Shown here piece by piece: positions 30,610 through 40,614 of a DNA stretch of 64,000 bases (position 1 is its first letter; each line of letters starts with the position of its first letter). The DNA is from Dehalococcoidia bacterium (lineage in GTDB: Bacteria > Chloroflexota > Dehalococcoidia > Lucifugimonadales > JAAXIE01): positions 2,596,445 through 2,660,444 of the forward strand of contig OZ240229.1 of NCBI GenBank assembly GCA_965197805.1, read 5' to 3'. The notes below the pieces were generated by a model that worked only from the letters and a program-made list of their open reading frames with translations, searched no databases and was not told where the DNA came from. A program made the translations under genes and the position numbers.

Positions 30610-32936
30610 CGGGGAAGGGCCGACTGATGTGATTCGGCCTGAGCCTCCAGCTTCTCCCAATTGTAGGTCATCGGCAGCATGCTCACCTGCTGCCAGACCG
30701 GAGCTTGGTCGGCGTAGTGGGGGCTGCCCGGATGCCCTGACGACCCTAGGGGAACGACCCATCTAGAGCCTTCCCAATCGGCTAGGTCGAAGGTATAGCG
30801 GGCCACGGACATGCTGGTCATGACGAACTGGTCTCCCGGCGAGTAGGAGCCCGCTTGTGGGGTGTCGCCGTCGCCACCCATCGGCATCGAGGGCGGATCC
30901 AGAAGGTCTGACAACTCTGGCAGCGGAGCGCTGAGAGGATGGCGCGGCCGGGTATGGTGCACCGTGCCCCAACGCCAAGCCGCAGTATCTGAGCCCAAGC
31001 GCTGGCTCAACTCATCCAAGGCCTCGACGAAGGAATCCGACAGCAACGACTCCCAGTCGGCCGGCGGCGGGAGGAGTGCGGAGTCGCCAGTTTGAATCAT
31101 GCCAGGGAAGTTGGAGCGCAAGCGGGCAACATGGCCGGGACCGCCACGACCTGCGGGGCTGAAGGCCTCGGCCGCCAAGGCCCCCAAGATGGGCTCCAAC
31201 ACCTTGCGTACCAAGCGGTCCCTTGTCGCGCTATAGATGGTAGGCGCTACGGCACCGGGAGACATCTCGCCATCCCACTGAGCCAGTGCTTTGCGCGCAG
31301 CCCCAGCCAAGGGATGGTCGACCTCCAACGAGGCAAGTTTTGGGCCGTAGAGGGCAGCAGGTATCGATGTCTTCTCTGAGTGCATAGCCGCCATGTCGTC
31401 TACGGTGGCAGCTTCCAACTTCAGTAGGCGGTGAGTCAGGCGGTCCGCACGGAATCCGGGGGCGAAATCGAGGGCGATGTAGTGGGGGTAGTCCTCACCT
31501 GCCACCCTGTTGTTCGCGGTGACGATGTAGTTGCAGTCGGGGTTGGTCGAGCGGGGCAACTCCTCGAAGGGCACATCACCCTGCCACTCATGCTCGCCGT
31601 CCCAGCCCGGGACCGGTATCCAGCGATTGGCCTCGTGGCGCACCGGGATGCGTCCCCGGGTGAGATAAGCGATGTTTCCTGCAACGTCGGCGTAAAGGAA
31701 GTTGTTGACCGGGTCGACCCAGCACCGCATCGCCTCATCCATCTCATCCGCTGATTTAACTTTGAGCATATCCAGCAGGGCGTCGGCCCAAGGTTGGGCC
31801 TCGCAGGAGGCGCTATATCGGAAGGCGAGTCCCACACCGTCCTCCAGACTACCTCCGATGACCGGACCGTGGTGGGTGACGGGCACGTCCAAGGCCACCG
31901 GAGACTGGCCCCGTACCTCGATGGTCTCGTGGTGCACCTCCAGTGGCAGCCAGTCGCCTTGGAACTCGTATGCCGGAGAGCCATCCGGCCTTAGATGTTC
32001 TAGGTACAGGTCTTGGTAGTCGGCCCCCGTGTGGGTGACGCACCATGCCACTTTGTCGTTATGTCCGAAATGGGGAAATCCGGGAACGCCCGGAAAGGAG
32101 AGGCCGATGACATCGAATTCGGGGCAGGCAACGTGGTTCTGATAGTAGACGTTGGGGGTGTCCAAGCCGCGGTGGGGGTCTCCCGCCAATAGGGGAGCGC
32201 CTGATGCGGTCCGCGCACCCGCAAGCACCCAATTGTTGCTGCCCACCTCGATGGCCTCCATGGACTGCATCCAAGACTCGGCCTCTCGCAAGAGCTCCGC
32301 GACGCCGTCGACAACTCCCTCATACTCTGCGCCGGGCGGCACGATAACGAACTGCCCCTGCTGGTAGCCAGGGCAGAGAGTCGCCAGCATTTCAGGGCCG
32401 ACCTGCCTCAGCAGCTTGTCCCGCCACAGCTTCTGCTCGAATACGCCCATTAGGATGTGGCGGACCTTGAACACGCCGAGCGAATCATGGGGTCTCCACG
32501 GTTCGGGGGACGAGCCTAGGATTTCATACTCCACAGGAAGAGTAGCAGTCGATTCGATGAAGGCGTTGATCCCTGCGGCGTAGGCTTCCAGCATCTCGCG
32601 GGCTTCCTCGCTTATCACCTCCAGGTCTGCTTTGGCACTGGCCTGCAGCCTGAAGCTGCGCATCAGCTTGTCCTGTGCCAGCGCATCCGGCCCAGCGAGT
32701 TCGGCCCAACGGCCGTATGCACGGCGCCGGTCGTAGTCCATCTGGAACAGCCGGTCTTGGGCAGTGTAGAAACCTTGGATGAAGAAAGCGTCCCAAGTCG
32801 AACCTGCACGCCCGTGGGGGATTCCCTGTTGATCGCGGTAAATGGTCGCTTCGCCCTTCAGGCCGTCCAGGGAGACCTTGGAGGTTGTGTCTGGTTGACA
32901 AGCGTGGATCCGCTCGCGAGTCATGTTGGGTGTCAT
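30606..32936 (-). CDS. Penicillin acylase family Ntn hydrolase
   Basis: RDQQGIPH, QDRLFQMD, GSNNW (catalytic Ser), DPHR, SGHPGSPHYADQ. Start at ATG 32936 with a GAGGTG RBS. Confidence 0.92.
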   Translation of the reverse strand: MTPNMTRERIHACQPDTTSKVSLDGLKGEATIYRDQQGIPHGRAGSTWDAFFIQGFYTAQDRLFQMDYDRRRAYGRWAELAGPDALAQDKLMRSFRLQASAKADLEVISEEAREMLEAYAAGINAFIESTATLPVEYEILGSSPEPWRPHDSLGVFKVRHILMGVFEQKLWRDKLLRQVGPEMLATLCPGYQQGQFVIVPPGAEYEGVVDGVAELLREAESWMQSMEAIEVGSNNWVLAGARTASGAPLLAGDPHRGLDTPNVYYQNHVACPEFDVIGLSFPGVPGFPHFGHNDKVAWCVTHTGADYQDLYLEHLRPDGSPAYEFQGDWLPLEVHHETIEVRGQSPVALDVPVTHHGPVIGGSLEDGVGLAFRYSASCEAQPWADALLDMLKVKSADEMDEAMRCWVDPVNNFLYADVAGNIAYLTRGRIPVRHEANRWIPVPGWDGEHEWQGDVPFEELPRSTNPDCNYIVTANNRVAGEDYPHYIALDFAPGFRADRLTHRLLKLEAATVDDMAAMHSEKTSIPAALYGPKLASLEVDHPLAGAARKALAQWDGEMSPGAVAPTIYSATRDRLVRKVLEPILGALAAEAFSPAGRGGPGHVARLRSNFPGMIQTGDSALLPPPADWESLLSDSFVEALDELSQRLGSDTAAWRWGTVHHTRPRHPLSAPLPELSDLLDPPSMPMGGDGDTPQAGSYSPGDQFVMTSMSVARYTFDLADWEGSRWVVPLGSSGHPGSPHYADQAPVWQQVSMLPMTYNWEKLEAQAESHQSALPR

Positions 32937-32976
32937 GTATCTCACCTCTCTTGGAGCTTGGCTGGATAGAGCGATG

Positions 32977-33663
32977 CTAGACCTCGTCCAGTATTTCTCT
33001 GACCTTGGCGAAAATGCTCTCGAACATGGGGTGGGTGAGGCGTCCGGTCTGCGTGTTCTGCTGGCTGGGGTGGTAGGAGCCCAGCAGCACCAGGCCATTG
33101 GACAGACGGTGTAACGAGCCGTGGCCAAACTTGGGTCGGGGCTTGGGGATTTCGACGTCAGCGTCCCGGGCCGCCACTAGGAACGCATCGAAGGCAATCT
33201 TGCCCAAGGCAACCACCACTCGCAACTCGCTCAGCAGTTGCAACTCACGCACCAGATAGGGGCGGCATGTTTCCAACTCTGTTGGCAGCGGTTTGTTGGC
33301 CGGAGGGGCGCAACGGGCGGCGGCGCTGACCAACACATCCTGCACCTGCAAACCGTCGCCGCGGTGCATTGAGGTAGGCTGGTTGGCAAAACCGAACTTA
33401 TGCAGCGTGCCATAGACCCAATCGCCACTGCGATCGCCTGTGAAGGCCCTCCCTGTACGATTTCCTCCATGGGCCGCTGGGGCCAAGCCGAGGAGCAGCA
33501 CGCGGGCATCAGCAGACCCGAAGCTGGGTATGGGACGTGCCCAGTAGTCCCAGTCGAGATACATGCGCCGCTTCTTCTGCCCAACATCCCTTATGTACTC
33601 GGCCAAACGGGAGCACTTGGTGCAGGCAACGATATCGCTGTTCAACTCTTCAAGGGCGGCCAT
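32977..33663 (-). CDS. udgB: Uracil-DNA glycosylase family 5
   Basis: CTKC, GLAPAAHGGNRTGRAFTGD, RCAPPANKP, YHPSQQNT. Confidence 0.9.
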   Translation of the reverse strand: MAALEELNSDIVACTKCSRLAEYIRDVGQKKRRMYLDWDYWARPIPSFGSADARVLLLGLAPAAHGGNRTGRAFTGDRSGDWVYGTLHKFGFANQPTSMHRGDGLQVQDVLVSAAARCAPPANKPLPTELETCRPYLVRELQLLSELRVVVALGKIAFDAFLVAARDADVEIPKPRPKFGHGSLHRLSNGLVLLGSYHPSQQNTQTGRLTHPMFESIFAKVREILDEV

Positions 33664-33755
33664 GGCTTCCTTCCGGCGAGGGTTGGGATGCGCTAGTATA
33701 CTACCTCGCCGTAACGGCCAAACCGCTGGCCCGCGGCTGAGGGAGGCCTCCGTCG

Positions 33756-34109
33756 ATGCAGTTGCAGAGAATCAGCGCCGTCACCCTAGCCGTGAGCGAC
33801 ATGGCCAGCTCGGTGGAGTTCTACCGCGCCGCCGGTTTCCAGCTGCTCTACGGCGGCCCGGACCGGGACTTCTCCAGCTTTCAGGCAGGGCAGGGCTACC
33901 TCAACCTGACCCTGCGAGAGGCTTATGAGGGGCACTGGTGGGGCCGAGCCATCTTCTACGTCTCGGATGTGGACGCCGCCCACGGGCATGTGGTGTCCGC
34001 CGGGCTCACGCCTGACACATCGCCGCAAGAGGCCCCTTGGGGCGAGCGATACTTCCACCTGACCGACCCTGACGGTCACGAACTCAGCTTCGCCAAGCCC
34101 TTGCATTGA
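33756..34109 (+). CDS. VOC/glyoxalase family protein
   Basis: TLAVSDMASSVEFY, WGERYFHLTDPDGHELS. Confidence 0.88.
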   Translation: MQLQRISAVTLAVSDMASSVEFYRAAGFQLLYGGPDRDFSSFQAGQGYLNLTLREAYEGHWWGRAIFYVSDVDAAHGHVVSAGLTPDTSPQEAPWGERYFHLTDPDGHELSFAKPLH

Positions 34110-34131
34110 CTTCGCACGACGGCACATCTCC

Positions 34132-34992
34132 TTGACACTACAAATAGCGTGGGGTTTACTTGCCCCGCATTTGGCTACACTTGCACAAGCTAGAATAGGG
34201 GCATGCTGCGTGTCGGCACTAACCACTTGGCGGCTCCAGCCAGGGTCATTGAAACACCCACTCATCATCGCCCACCGGGGAGCCCACGACGATGCACCGG
34301 AGAACACGATACCTGCATTCCTTCGAGCAGTGGCGATGGGGGCTGACGCCGTGGAGCTGGACGTCCATCTTTCCAGCGACCGCGAGGTGGTGGTGTTCCA
34401 CGACCGCAGGCTGGAGCGTGCGACCAACGGGCAGGGCTGGATTGGGCGCCATACGTTGCAGCAGCTACGAGCTCTCCACTTCGACGAGGACTCGTCCCAC
34501 CGCATACCCACCTTGGACGAGGTATTCGACAGCTTGGCCCCCGACTACTTAATATGTGTCGAACTCAAGGCAAGAATCGCGGGCATGAAAGAACTGCCCC
34601 AGCGAGTGGCCGAGGTCATCGGAAGACACCGGCGCTGGGGCGCGACCCTTGTGCACAGCTTCAACCCTGTCTCCCTCTACTATATGCGCCACGCCTCTCC
34701 AGACGCGACTGTCGGGTTCATATGGGCACAGAAGCATCCCTATCCGCTTCGGAAACGGTGGCTGAGCCCCGTGGCCAACGCTCTTTGGAACGCACCCGCC
34801 GAAGACACCTACAACCAACGGGTGCTCTCGCACTTTCACGAGCAGGGGAAGTTAGTCATGGCGTGGGATGTGGATGCTGGGACCGATCTAGAGGCATTGG
34901 GGCAGACCGGACTGGACGCGGTGGTGACCGACAATCCCCGGAGGTTGACCGAACAGAAGCGATCGCTGCGCAAGATCGTCGCGGGAGCATGA
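34132..34992 (+). CDS. Glycerophosphodiester phosphodiesterase
   Basis: IAHRGA, PENT, ELDVH, VFHD, IPTLDEV, VTDNP. The true start is probably near 34248. Confidence 0.88.
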   Translation: MTLQIAWGLLAPHLATLAQARIGACCVSALTTWRLQPGSLKHPLIIAHRGAHDDAPENTIPAFLRAVAMGADAVELDVHLSSDREVVVFHDRRLERATNGQGWIGRHTLQQLRALHFDEDSSHRIPTLDEVFDSLAPDYLICVELKARIAGMKELPQRVAEVIGRHRRWGATLVHSFNPVSLYYMRHASPDATVGFIWAQKHPYPLRKRWLSPVANALWNAPAEDTYNQRVLSHFHEQGKLVMAWDVDAGTDLEALGQTGLDAVVTDNPRRLTEQKRSLRKIVAGA

Positions 34993-35016
34993 TGTCGGCG
35001 GGGTGTCCGGTACTCG

Positions 35017-36402
35017 GTGCACGGAGTGTTTTTGGTGGGTGACAACCGGGACGCTGGGAACCCAGCGCGCCGCCTCACGGAACGAGGCGGGAGGCCGCAC
35101 CTGAGGGACTACCTCGACATCAGTCTCTACAGCTTCGGTTTACGCGGATTTACCTTCGCCCTGTCGGCCATCATAGTTCCGGTACTGGTCTTGGACCTAG
35201 TCCCCGGCGACCGCAAGAATACCTACCTAGGACTCGCCACCTTCTCAGCCCTCATGTTCTCCGTGGTAGCCATACCTGCCATGGGGGCGCTCAGTGACCG
35301 TATTCGCCTCCCATTCGGGAGGCGAATGCCATACATCATATTGGGCACCATCGTGGCCTGCGTCCTGATGCCAGCCATAGTGATCACCGACCACTATATC
35401 GTGTTCGTTTTGATATTGGTGGCTGTCACTCTAGGCGTGAGCATCGCCCAAGGCCCCTACCAAGCCTTTATCCCCGATCGTGTGCCAGCGGCTAGGCGCG
35501 GGGTGGCATCGGCTGCCAAGACCCTGATGGAGATACTGGGGATCGCCATTGTAGCTGGCTCTGTAGGATATGTAGCTGGACGGTACAACTCGGACTTCTC
35601 AGGCACCTTTCACTGGATTTGGGCATCGGTCGGGCTGTTGGTCTTCCTGTATCTCGTGTCATTGGTCATCACCATGATGACCGTGGTGGAGCCAAAGGCA
35701 CAGGCAATGCCTCTGCCCGCAACTGCTCCGGCTGAACCTGCCGGAACACAATCGCACGCCCGCGATCCTCGCGACCGATTTCTCCCCCCTGGATTCGGCT
35801 GGTACCTCATATCCCGCTTCCTGTTTCTCGCTGCCACTGGCGTCATAGAGACCTTTGGACTGTTCTATCTACGGGACGTGGTCGACGTGGAAAGTCCCGC
35901 CGAGGCCGCCGGATATCTCATTATCATCTTCGGGATGGCGGCGCTACTGGGTGCGGTTTTCGCAGCACGCACCAGCGATCGCATCGGTTATCGTCCTCTG
36001 GTGGCCATCTCTGGACTATTGGGGGCCACTGGCGTAGGTGTTCTGTTGACCGCCAACAGCCTAGTGGCGGTCATAGCAGGTGGCATGATAATCGGTTTGG
36101 GGGCTGGTGCCTTCTTCAGCGCCGACTGGGCACTGGCCATCGACTTAGTAGCCCCAGGGCGAGCTGCGCAGCATATGGGCCTAACCAGCGTAGCCACCGC
36201 TGGCGGCGCGGCCGCGGCGAGACTGCTTGGGTTTGGTGTAGACGCCCTGAACACCGGGGCCAGCGACCTGGGATACGAGGGTATGCTCCTCGTCTGCGGG
36301 ATCGCATTCCTGTTGGGAGGGCTACTCGTGTATGCCGTTCGCCCAGCACAACCCTCGCCCCAAACTCAGCCCAACGATACGAGCGAAGGACCGGAGCAAT
36401 GA
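35017..36402 (+). CDS. MFS transporter
   Basis: GALSDR...GRRMPY, SDRIGYR, DWALA. About 12 TM segments. Start uncertain. Confidence 0.85.
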   Translation: MHGVFLVGDNRDAGNPARRLTERGGRPHLRDYLDISLYSFGLRGFTFALSAIIVPVLVLDLVPGDRKNTYLGLATFSALMFSVVAIPAMGALSDRIRLPFGRRMPYIILGTIVACVLMPAIVITDHYIVFVLILVAVTLGVSIAQGPYQAFIPDRVPAARRGVASAAKTLMEILGIAIVAGSVGYVAGRYNSDFSGTFHWIWASVGLLVFLYLVSLVITMMTVVEPKAQAMPLPATAPAEPAGTQSHARDPRDRFLPPGFGWYLISRFLFLAATGVIETFGLFYLRDVVDVESPAEAAGYLIIIFGMAALLGAVFAARTSDRIGYRPLVAISGLLGATGVGVLLTANSLVAVIAGGMIIGLGAGAFFSADWALAIDLVAPGRAAQHMGLTSVATAGGAAAARLLGFGVDALNTGASDLGYEGMLLVCGIAFLLGGLLVYAVRPAQPSPQTQPNDTSEGPEQ

Positions 36403-37199
36403 TGCAGGAACTGTTCAGTGAGCGTCGCAAGCTGTTCATTGGGGTAGTGCACCTGCTGCCGCTGCCTGGCTCGCCTCGCTGGCAGGGCGATTTCGACGCC
36501 TTGGTCACCCGCGCCCGGCAGGAAGCCCACACACTCGCGGAGGGCGGGGTCGACGGGATCATCGTAGAGAACTTTAATGACGCACCCTACGCGAAGGGTC
36601 GGGTGGAACCCCACACCATCGCATCCATGACGCTGGCCATCGCAGGCGTAATCGACACCGTCGACGTCCCGGTGGGCATCAACGTGCTACGAAACGACAT
36701 CAAGAGCGCCTTGGCGATGGCCATGGTCACCGGGGCGAGTTTCGTGCGAGCCAACACCCACTATGGCGTCATGGTGTCCGACGAGGGCATCATTGAGGGC
36801 GAGGCCTACGAGACCACACGCTACCGTCGCCATCACTGCCCCGACGTGAAGATTCTGGCCGACGTGCTGGTGAAGCACGCCACACCGTTGGGCGACCAAG
36901 ATATCGCCTTGGTGTCGGAAGACACTGTAAACCGAGGCTTGGCCGATGCCGTCATCGTCAGCGGCCCTCTTACCGGACTGGCTGCCGACGTAGACGAGGT
37001 CAGAAGAGTCAAGGAAGTTGTGCCCGATACCCCGGTCCTAGTCGGCAGCGGAGTCACTGTCGCCAACGCCTTCCAATTCCTGCAAGCCGCCGACGGAGCA
37101 ATAGTCGGCACCAGCCTCAAGGTCGACGGACAGGTGGGGAACCCTGTGGATTTGGGGCGAGTGCGGGAGTTGGCGGCGCTGTTTCGCGAGTTGGAGTGA
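36399..37199 (+). CDS. BtpA/SgcQ family protein
   Basis: GVVHLLPLPGSP, VENFNDAP, GINVLRND, DVLVKH, GSGV. Confidence 0.92.
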   Translation: MMQELFSERRKLFIGVVHLLPLPGSPRWQGDFDALVTRARQEAHTLAEGGVDGIIVENFNDAPYAKGRVEPHTIASMTLAIAGVIDTVDVPVGINVLRNDIKSALAMAMVTGASFVRANTHYGVMVSDEGIIEGEAYETTRYRRHHCPDVKILADVLVKHATPLGDQDIALVSEDTVNRGLADAVIVSGPLTGLAADVDEVRRVKEVVPDTPVLVGSGVTVANAFQFLQAADGAIVGTSLKVDGQVGNPVDLGRVRELAALFRELE

Positions 37200-37217
37200 A
37201 GGAGTTGCGCCAGCCCA

Positions 37218-37595
37218 CTAAAAGGGTTTGACGTGCTCCTCAAGCCACTCGCGCAACTGGTGAAAACGGAACGAGTTGGTCTCGAATAGGCGCATGAAGA
37301 AATCGTATGCCGCGCGGCTGTCGCAGTCGATATAGCTTCCATTGAGGCGCAGGAAGGCGTCGGTAGCACCCAAGGCTGTCCGCTTGTTGCCATCGACGAA
37401 GGGGTGGTTCATGGCCAAACTCTCCAACAGAGCGGCCGCTTCATCAACGAGTCCCTCGTAGTAGCCGAGTTGTGGGCGCATGATAGCCGACTCTAGCGCA
37501 CCCACGTCGCGAAGCCCCAAAGCACCTCCGAAATGGGAGAGCAGTTCGTCGTGCATGGTAACCACTTCCAAGAGTGTGGGGAACTCGTGGGTCAC
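37218..37595 (-). CDS. Doc/Fic toxin
   Basis: HPFVDGNKRTA Fic motif. Confidence 0.92.
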   Translation of the reverse strand: MTHEFPTLLEVVTMHDELLSHFGGALGLRDVGALESAIMRPQLGYYEGLVDEAAALLESLAMNHPFVDGNKRTALGATDAFLRLNGSYIDCDSRAAYDFFMRLFETNSFRFHQLREWLEEHVKPF

Positions 37596-37819
37596 TGGGC
37601 CAACAACTCATACAGAAGACGGTTCCTCTCAACGCTCGCGCGAAAGTGGGCCATCACCTCCGGGCGGACCTGCTGTTGCGCTTGATTCTCCAAGTAGCTG
37701 CGCATGGCGTCTTCCAGCACTGCCTGGAACTGGCGTCCCTGCTTCCTGGCGAGTTCGTGCATCCCCATCAATACGTCAGGGGGTGCTTGGCTGGAAAACT
37801 TCTTTCGCGTAGTCGTCAT
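37592..37819 (-). CDS. Putative antitoxin (RHH-like)
   Basis: 75-aa ORF whose stop overlaps the Doc start. Confidence 0.75.
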   Translation of the reverse strand: MTTTRKKFSSQAPPDVLMGMHELARKQGRQFQAVLEDAMRSYLENQAQQQVRPEVMAHFRASVERNRLLYELLAQ

Positions 37820-38007
37820 GACAACTCTCCATACTTGGGGTCTTGTAGTCTTAGTTTAGGGTGCGCGGCTCGGGCCATCAAGACGTTTCTTGATATATAT
37901 TGGCATAGGGCCCAGCTGGCAGTGGGCCATCACCTCTGGCGCACCACACCCTGCCTGTTTTGCTTGATGTACTGCTTCGTGGCAACTTCCAGTACTCGAT
38001 GAGGATG

Positions 38008-38991
38008 TTACAGCTTCAGCAGCGCTTTCGCGTTCTCTGAGAGGATCGCGGTGCGCTCCTCCTCTGGGATGGGGAGGCCCTCGACGTCGGCGACGGTGGG
38101 TTCCATCGGGCCGTAGGGGTAGTCGCTGCCGAATAGGAGTTTGTCGGGGCCGGACATGCCGTGGGCGAGCATGATGGCTGGAGGGTGATAGCAGACCGTG
38201 TCCATGTACACCCTCTGGAAGTAGTCGGCGGGCAACCCGCTGGCCCTGCCAGCCCAATCGCGACCGCTGATTCCAGCGCCTCGATTGATACGCCCCATCA
38301 GGTAGGGAATGGTGCTACCACAGTGGCACAGGATGATTTTCAGGTCCGGGAATCGCTCCATGGTGCCACTGAGAATCAGGCGCATCATGGCCAGGGTGGT
38401 GTCGTAGAGGAAGCCAAGCACCTGCACCATGCGCCAGTCTCGCAGGGGCTCCACCGACGCCATGATGGGCCAACTGGGGTGAATCATGATGGGCACATCC
38501 AACTGCTGAATGCGCTCGTAAACGGGCATCAGATCGTCGTCGTCCAGCATCTTGCCCGCCACGTTGGAGGTGACCATGAAGGCGCGCATGCCCAAGTCGT
38601 TTACCGCCCGGCTAGCCTCTGTCACGGCCTGCTGCGGATCCAGGAGGGGCAGGCTACCCATCCCGATGAACCGCTCAGGGTTCTCCCGGACCACCCGGGC
38701 CAACCCTTCGTTGGCCGCTTGGGCCAAGGAGACGTTCAGCCCCGTGTCCTTCCCCGTCTCGCCCGCCGGACAGATGATGCTCACCACATGGGTATCAATG
38801 CCCGCCGCATCCATGTCCTGGATGCGCCGCTCCATCAAGTGCATCCCTGGTTGTAGCTGGTACGACTGGATGGGGTCGACATTGAGTACCCACCCTTGGT
38901 CGTTGGGCACAGTATTGGGGTAGCCCTGGCGTCCTGACAGCACCTCCAAGTATTCGACTGGAGCGAAATGGTTGTGGATGTCGATGCGCAT
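38008..38991 (-). CDS. Amidohydrolase 2 family (ACMSD-like)
   Basis: IDIHNH, IMIHP, CHCG, FGSDYPY. Confidence 0.9.
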   Translation of the reverse strand: MRIDIHNHFAPVEYLEVLSGRQGYPNTVPNDQGWVLNVDPIQSYQLQPGMHLMERRIQDMDAAGIDTHVVSIICPAGETGKDTGLNVSLAQAANEGLARVVRENPERFIGMGSLPLLDPQQAVTEASRAVNDLGMRAFMVTSNVAGKMLDDDDLMPVYERIQQLDVPIMIHPSWPIMASVEPLRDWRMVQVLGFLYDTTLAMMRLILSGTMERFPDLKIILCHCGSTIPYLMGRINRGAGISGRDWAGRASGLPADYFQRVYMDTVCYHPPAIMLAHGMSGPDKLLFGSDYPYGPMEPTVADVEGLPIPEEERTAILSENAKALLKL

Positions 38992-39016
38992 GTTCGGCTC
39001 TCCTAGCGTCTGCTGA

Positions 39017-40078
39017 CTACTGCACTCGCTCGGTTACGGCGCGAGTCGCCGACCAGAGGGGCATCCACGAGGAGTGGCGCCCTGCGCCGCCAGCCACAAC
39101 AATCAGGATGTCGTCGGGACGGGCAACCATTGGCACCAAGTAGTCGTCGGCGGCGTCTTCAATCCACTCAGGCCAAGTGCGCTCACCGTAGTGAGAGCGT
39201 CCCACTAGGTGTCTTTTCGGAATACGACAGTTCTGGAACAGGTACTCTTTGATGTCCTGCTTCGAGTAGCCGGAAGCGGCGATTTCCTGGGCATGCTCGG
39301 GGCACAGCACCAGAAGTACCTGACAATCGCGCCCTTGGATATAGTAGCTCACCACACCCAGCACTCTCATGCTGTCGGCAACCGTCTGCAGCGCCTCTTC
39401 ACCCGTCTCCACTGTCGTCTCGGTTATCTGGTGGAAGGCGCGGACTGCTGCCAGAGTCACCGTGCTGTCGTCGGAGGCGTAGCCGCGGTCCATGTGGAAG
39501 GGTTGCCAAGGACTCTGGGACTCGTTTTCGGCGGTGCAGAACGTGTACTTGGCGGGCTGGGCTTGGGTAGACTTCTCCATCTCGCCGGGGTGGGCCCCAC
39601 CGAGGTTGCGCACCACAAGGGCCAGCGAGCGCCCAAGGACGGCGTTGGCCTGATAGCCGGAGCCGAAGCAGGCTGTGTCGCCATTGAACCCAATGCGGCC
39701 GGCCACTGGCCCGTTGACGATGATCAGGGGCGCTGCCCCGGCAGTGGTGGCTGCCACACCACCGACGTTGTAGTCGGCGGTCAAGGCGGCGCGAACAGCA
39801 GCCAGCACCGCTGGCATGTGTTGAGGCATGGCGCCGGCCATGACCGCATTAGCGGCCACTTTCTCGACGGTGACAATGCCATCGCCCGGAGGCATCACGC
39901 CCAGAACCTCTTCGGCTGGCAGACCCACGGCATCCACCATTGCTGCCACCCGCTCTTCTGTGGGCGGCACAATGGGGAGTCCATCGCTCCATCCCCGCTC
40001 CAGGAACAGGCGGTTCACTTCGTCGAAAGCGGGGGCGACCTGTAAGCGGGTGGCCCTCACGCTAGACTCGCTGGTCAT
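39017..40078 (-). CDS. Uncharacterised protein usually partnered with UGSC-family proteins
   Basis: WSDGLPIVPPT, ANAVMAG, CPEHA, VAGG. Its start overlaps the UGSC stop (ATGA). Confidence 0.75.
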   Translation of the reverse strand: MTSESSVRATRLQVAPAFDEVNRLFLERGWSDGLPIVPPTEERVAAMVDAVGLPAEEVLGVMPPGDGIVTVEKVAANAVMAGAMPQHMPAVLAAVRAALTADYNVGGVAATTAGAAPLIIVNGPVAGRIGFNGDTACFGSGYQANAVLGRSLALVVRNLGGAHPGEMEKSTQAQPAKYTFCTAENESQSPWQPFHMDRGYASDDSTVTLAAVRAFHQITETTVETGEEALQTVADSMRVLGVVSYYIQGRDCQVLLVLCPEHAQEIAASGYSKQDIKEYLFQNCRIPKRHLVGRSHYGERTWPEWIEDAADDYLVPMVARPDDILIVVAGGAGRHSSWMPLWSATRAVTERVQ

Positions 40079-40614
40079 GCTGCACCTCGTGACAGGCCAG
40101 CCAGTATCTCCGGCAGGGCGGATTCGGCCGCTTCTTGTAGCTGGACTGCCGACTTGCTGGCCATGGGATGTTGCACCAATATCAGACGGTGCTGGGGCAT
40201 TGCCTTGGCTTGTGTGCGCAGCTTGGCCGCCCGCTCAAAGGCTGTGGTGACTAGGGTGACGGCGGGCCTGCCCCGCTTCTCTACTTCTACCGCGTCGTGG
40301 AGACCCCACGCTGTACAGGACCCTCAATCGGCGACCCCGTGCACCACAGCGTCACACTGGGCCAGCAGGTCGTCCATCTTGGACGGGTCCATGGGGATGC
40401 TGGGGTTGGCCTTGCGCACGATGACGGTGTCGACACCCTCCTCACCCAGCAGCACCTTCAGGTTGTCCATGAAACGGTCCGAGTTGTGTCGCGAGTTATC
40501 AATCAGTCCCACGGTGGCCCCTTGCAGTTGGGCCAAGCGCGGGTGTGGTCGTTCTTCGGGTATTGCGCCCTCGGCGGCAGGGTGGAGGATGGTCAGCATG
40601 TCATCGGGTGGCAA
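40075..40614 (-). CDS. UGSC-family selenoprotein (179 aa, UGA read as Sec at 40324-40326)
   Basis: The frame continues past the TGA as G-S-C-T-A-W-G-L-H-D to a stop at 40075. AGGAGG RBS precedes TTG 40614. A hairpin lies just 3' of the UGA. Confidence 0.85.
40296..40310 (-). promoter_or_regulatory. Candidate bacterial SECIS hairpin
   Basis: mRNA CGUGG-GGUCU-CCACG, loop starting with G, about 18 nt after the UGA. Confidence 0.55.
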
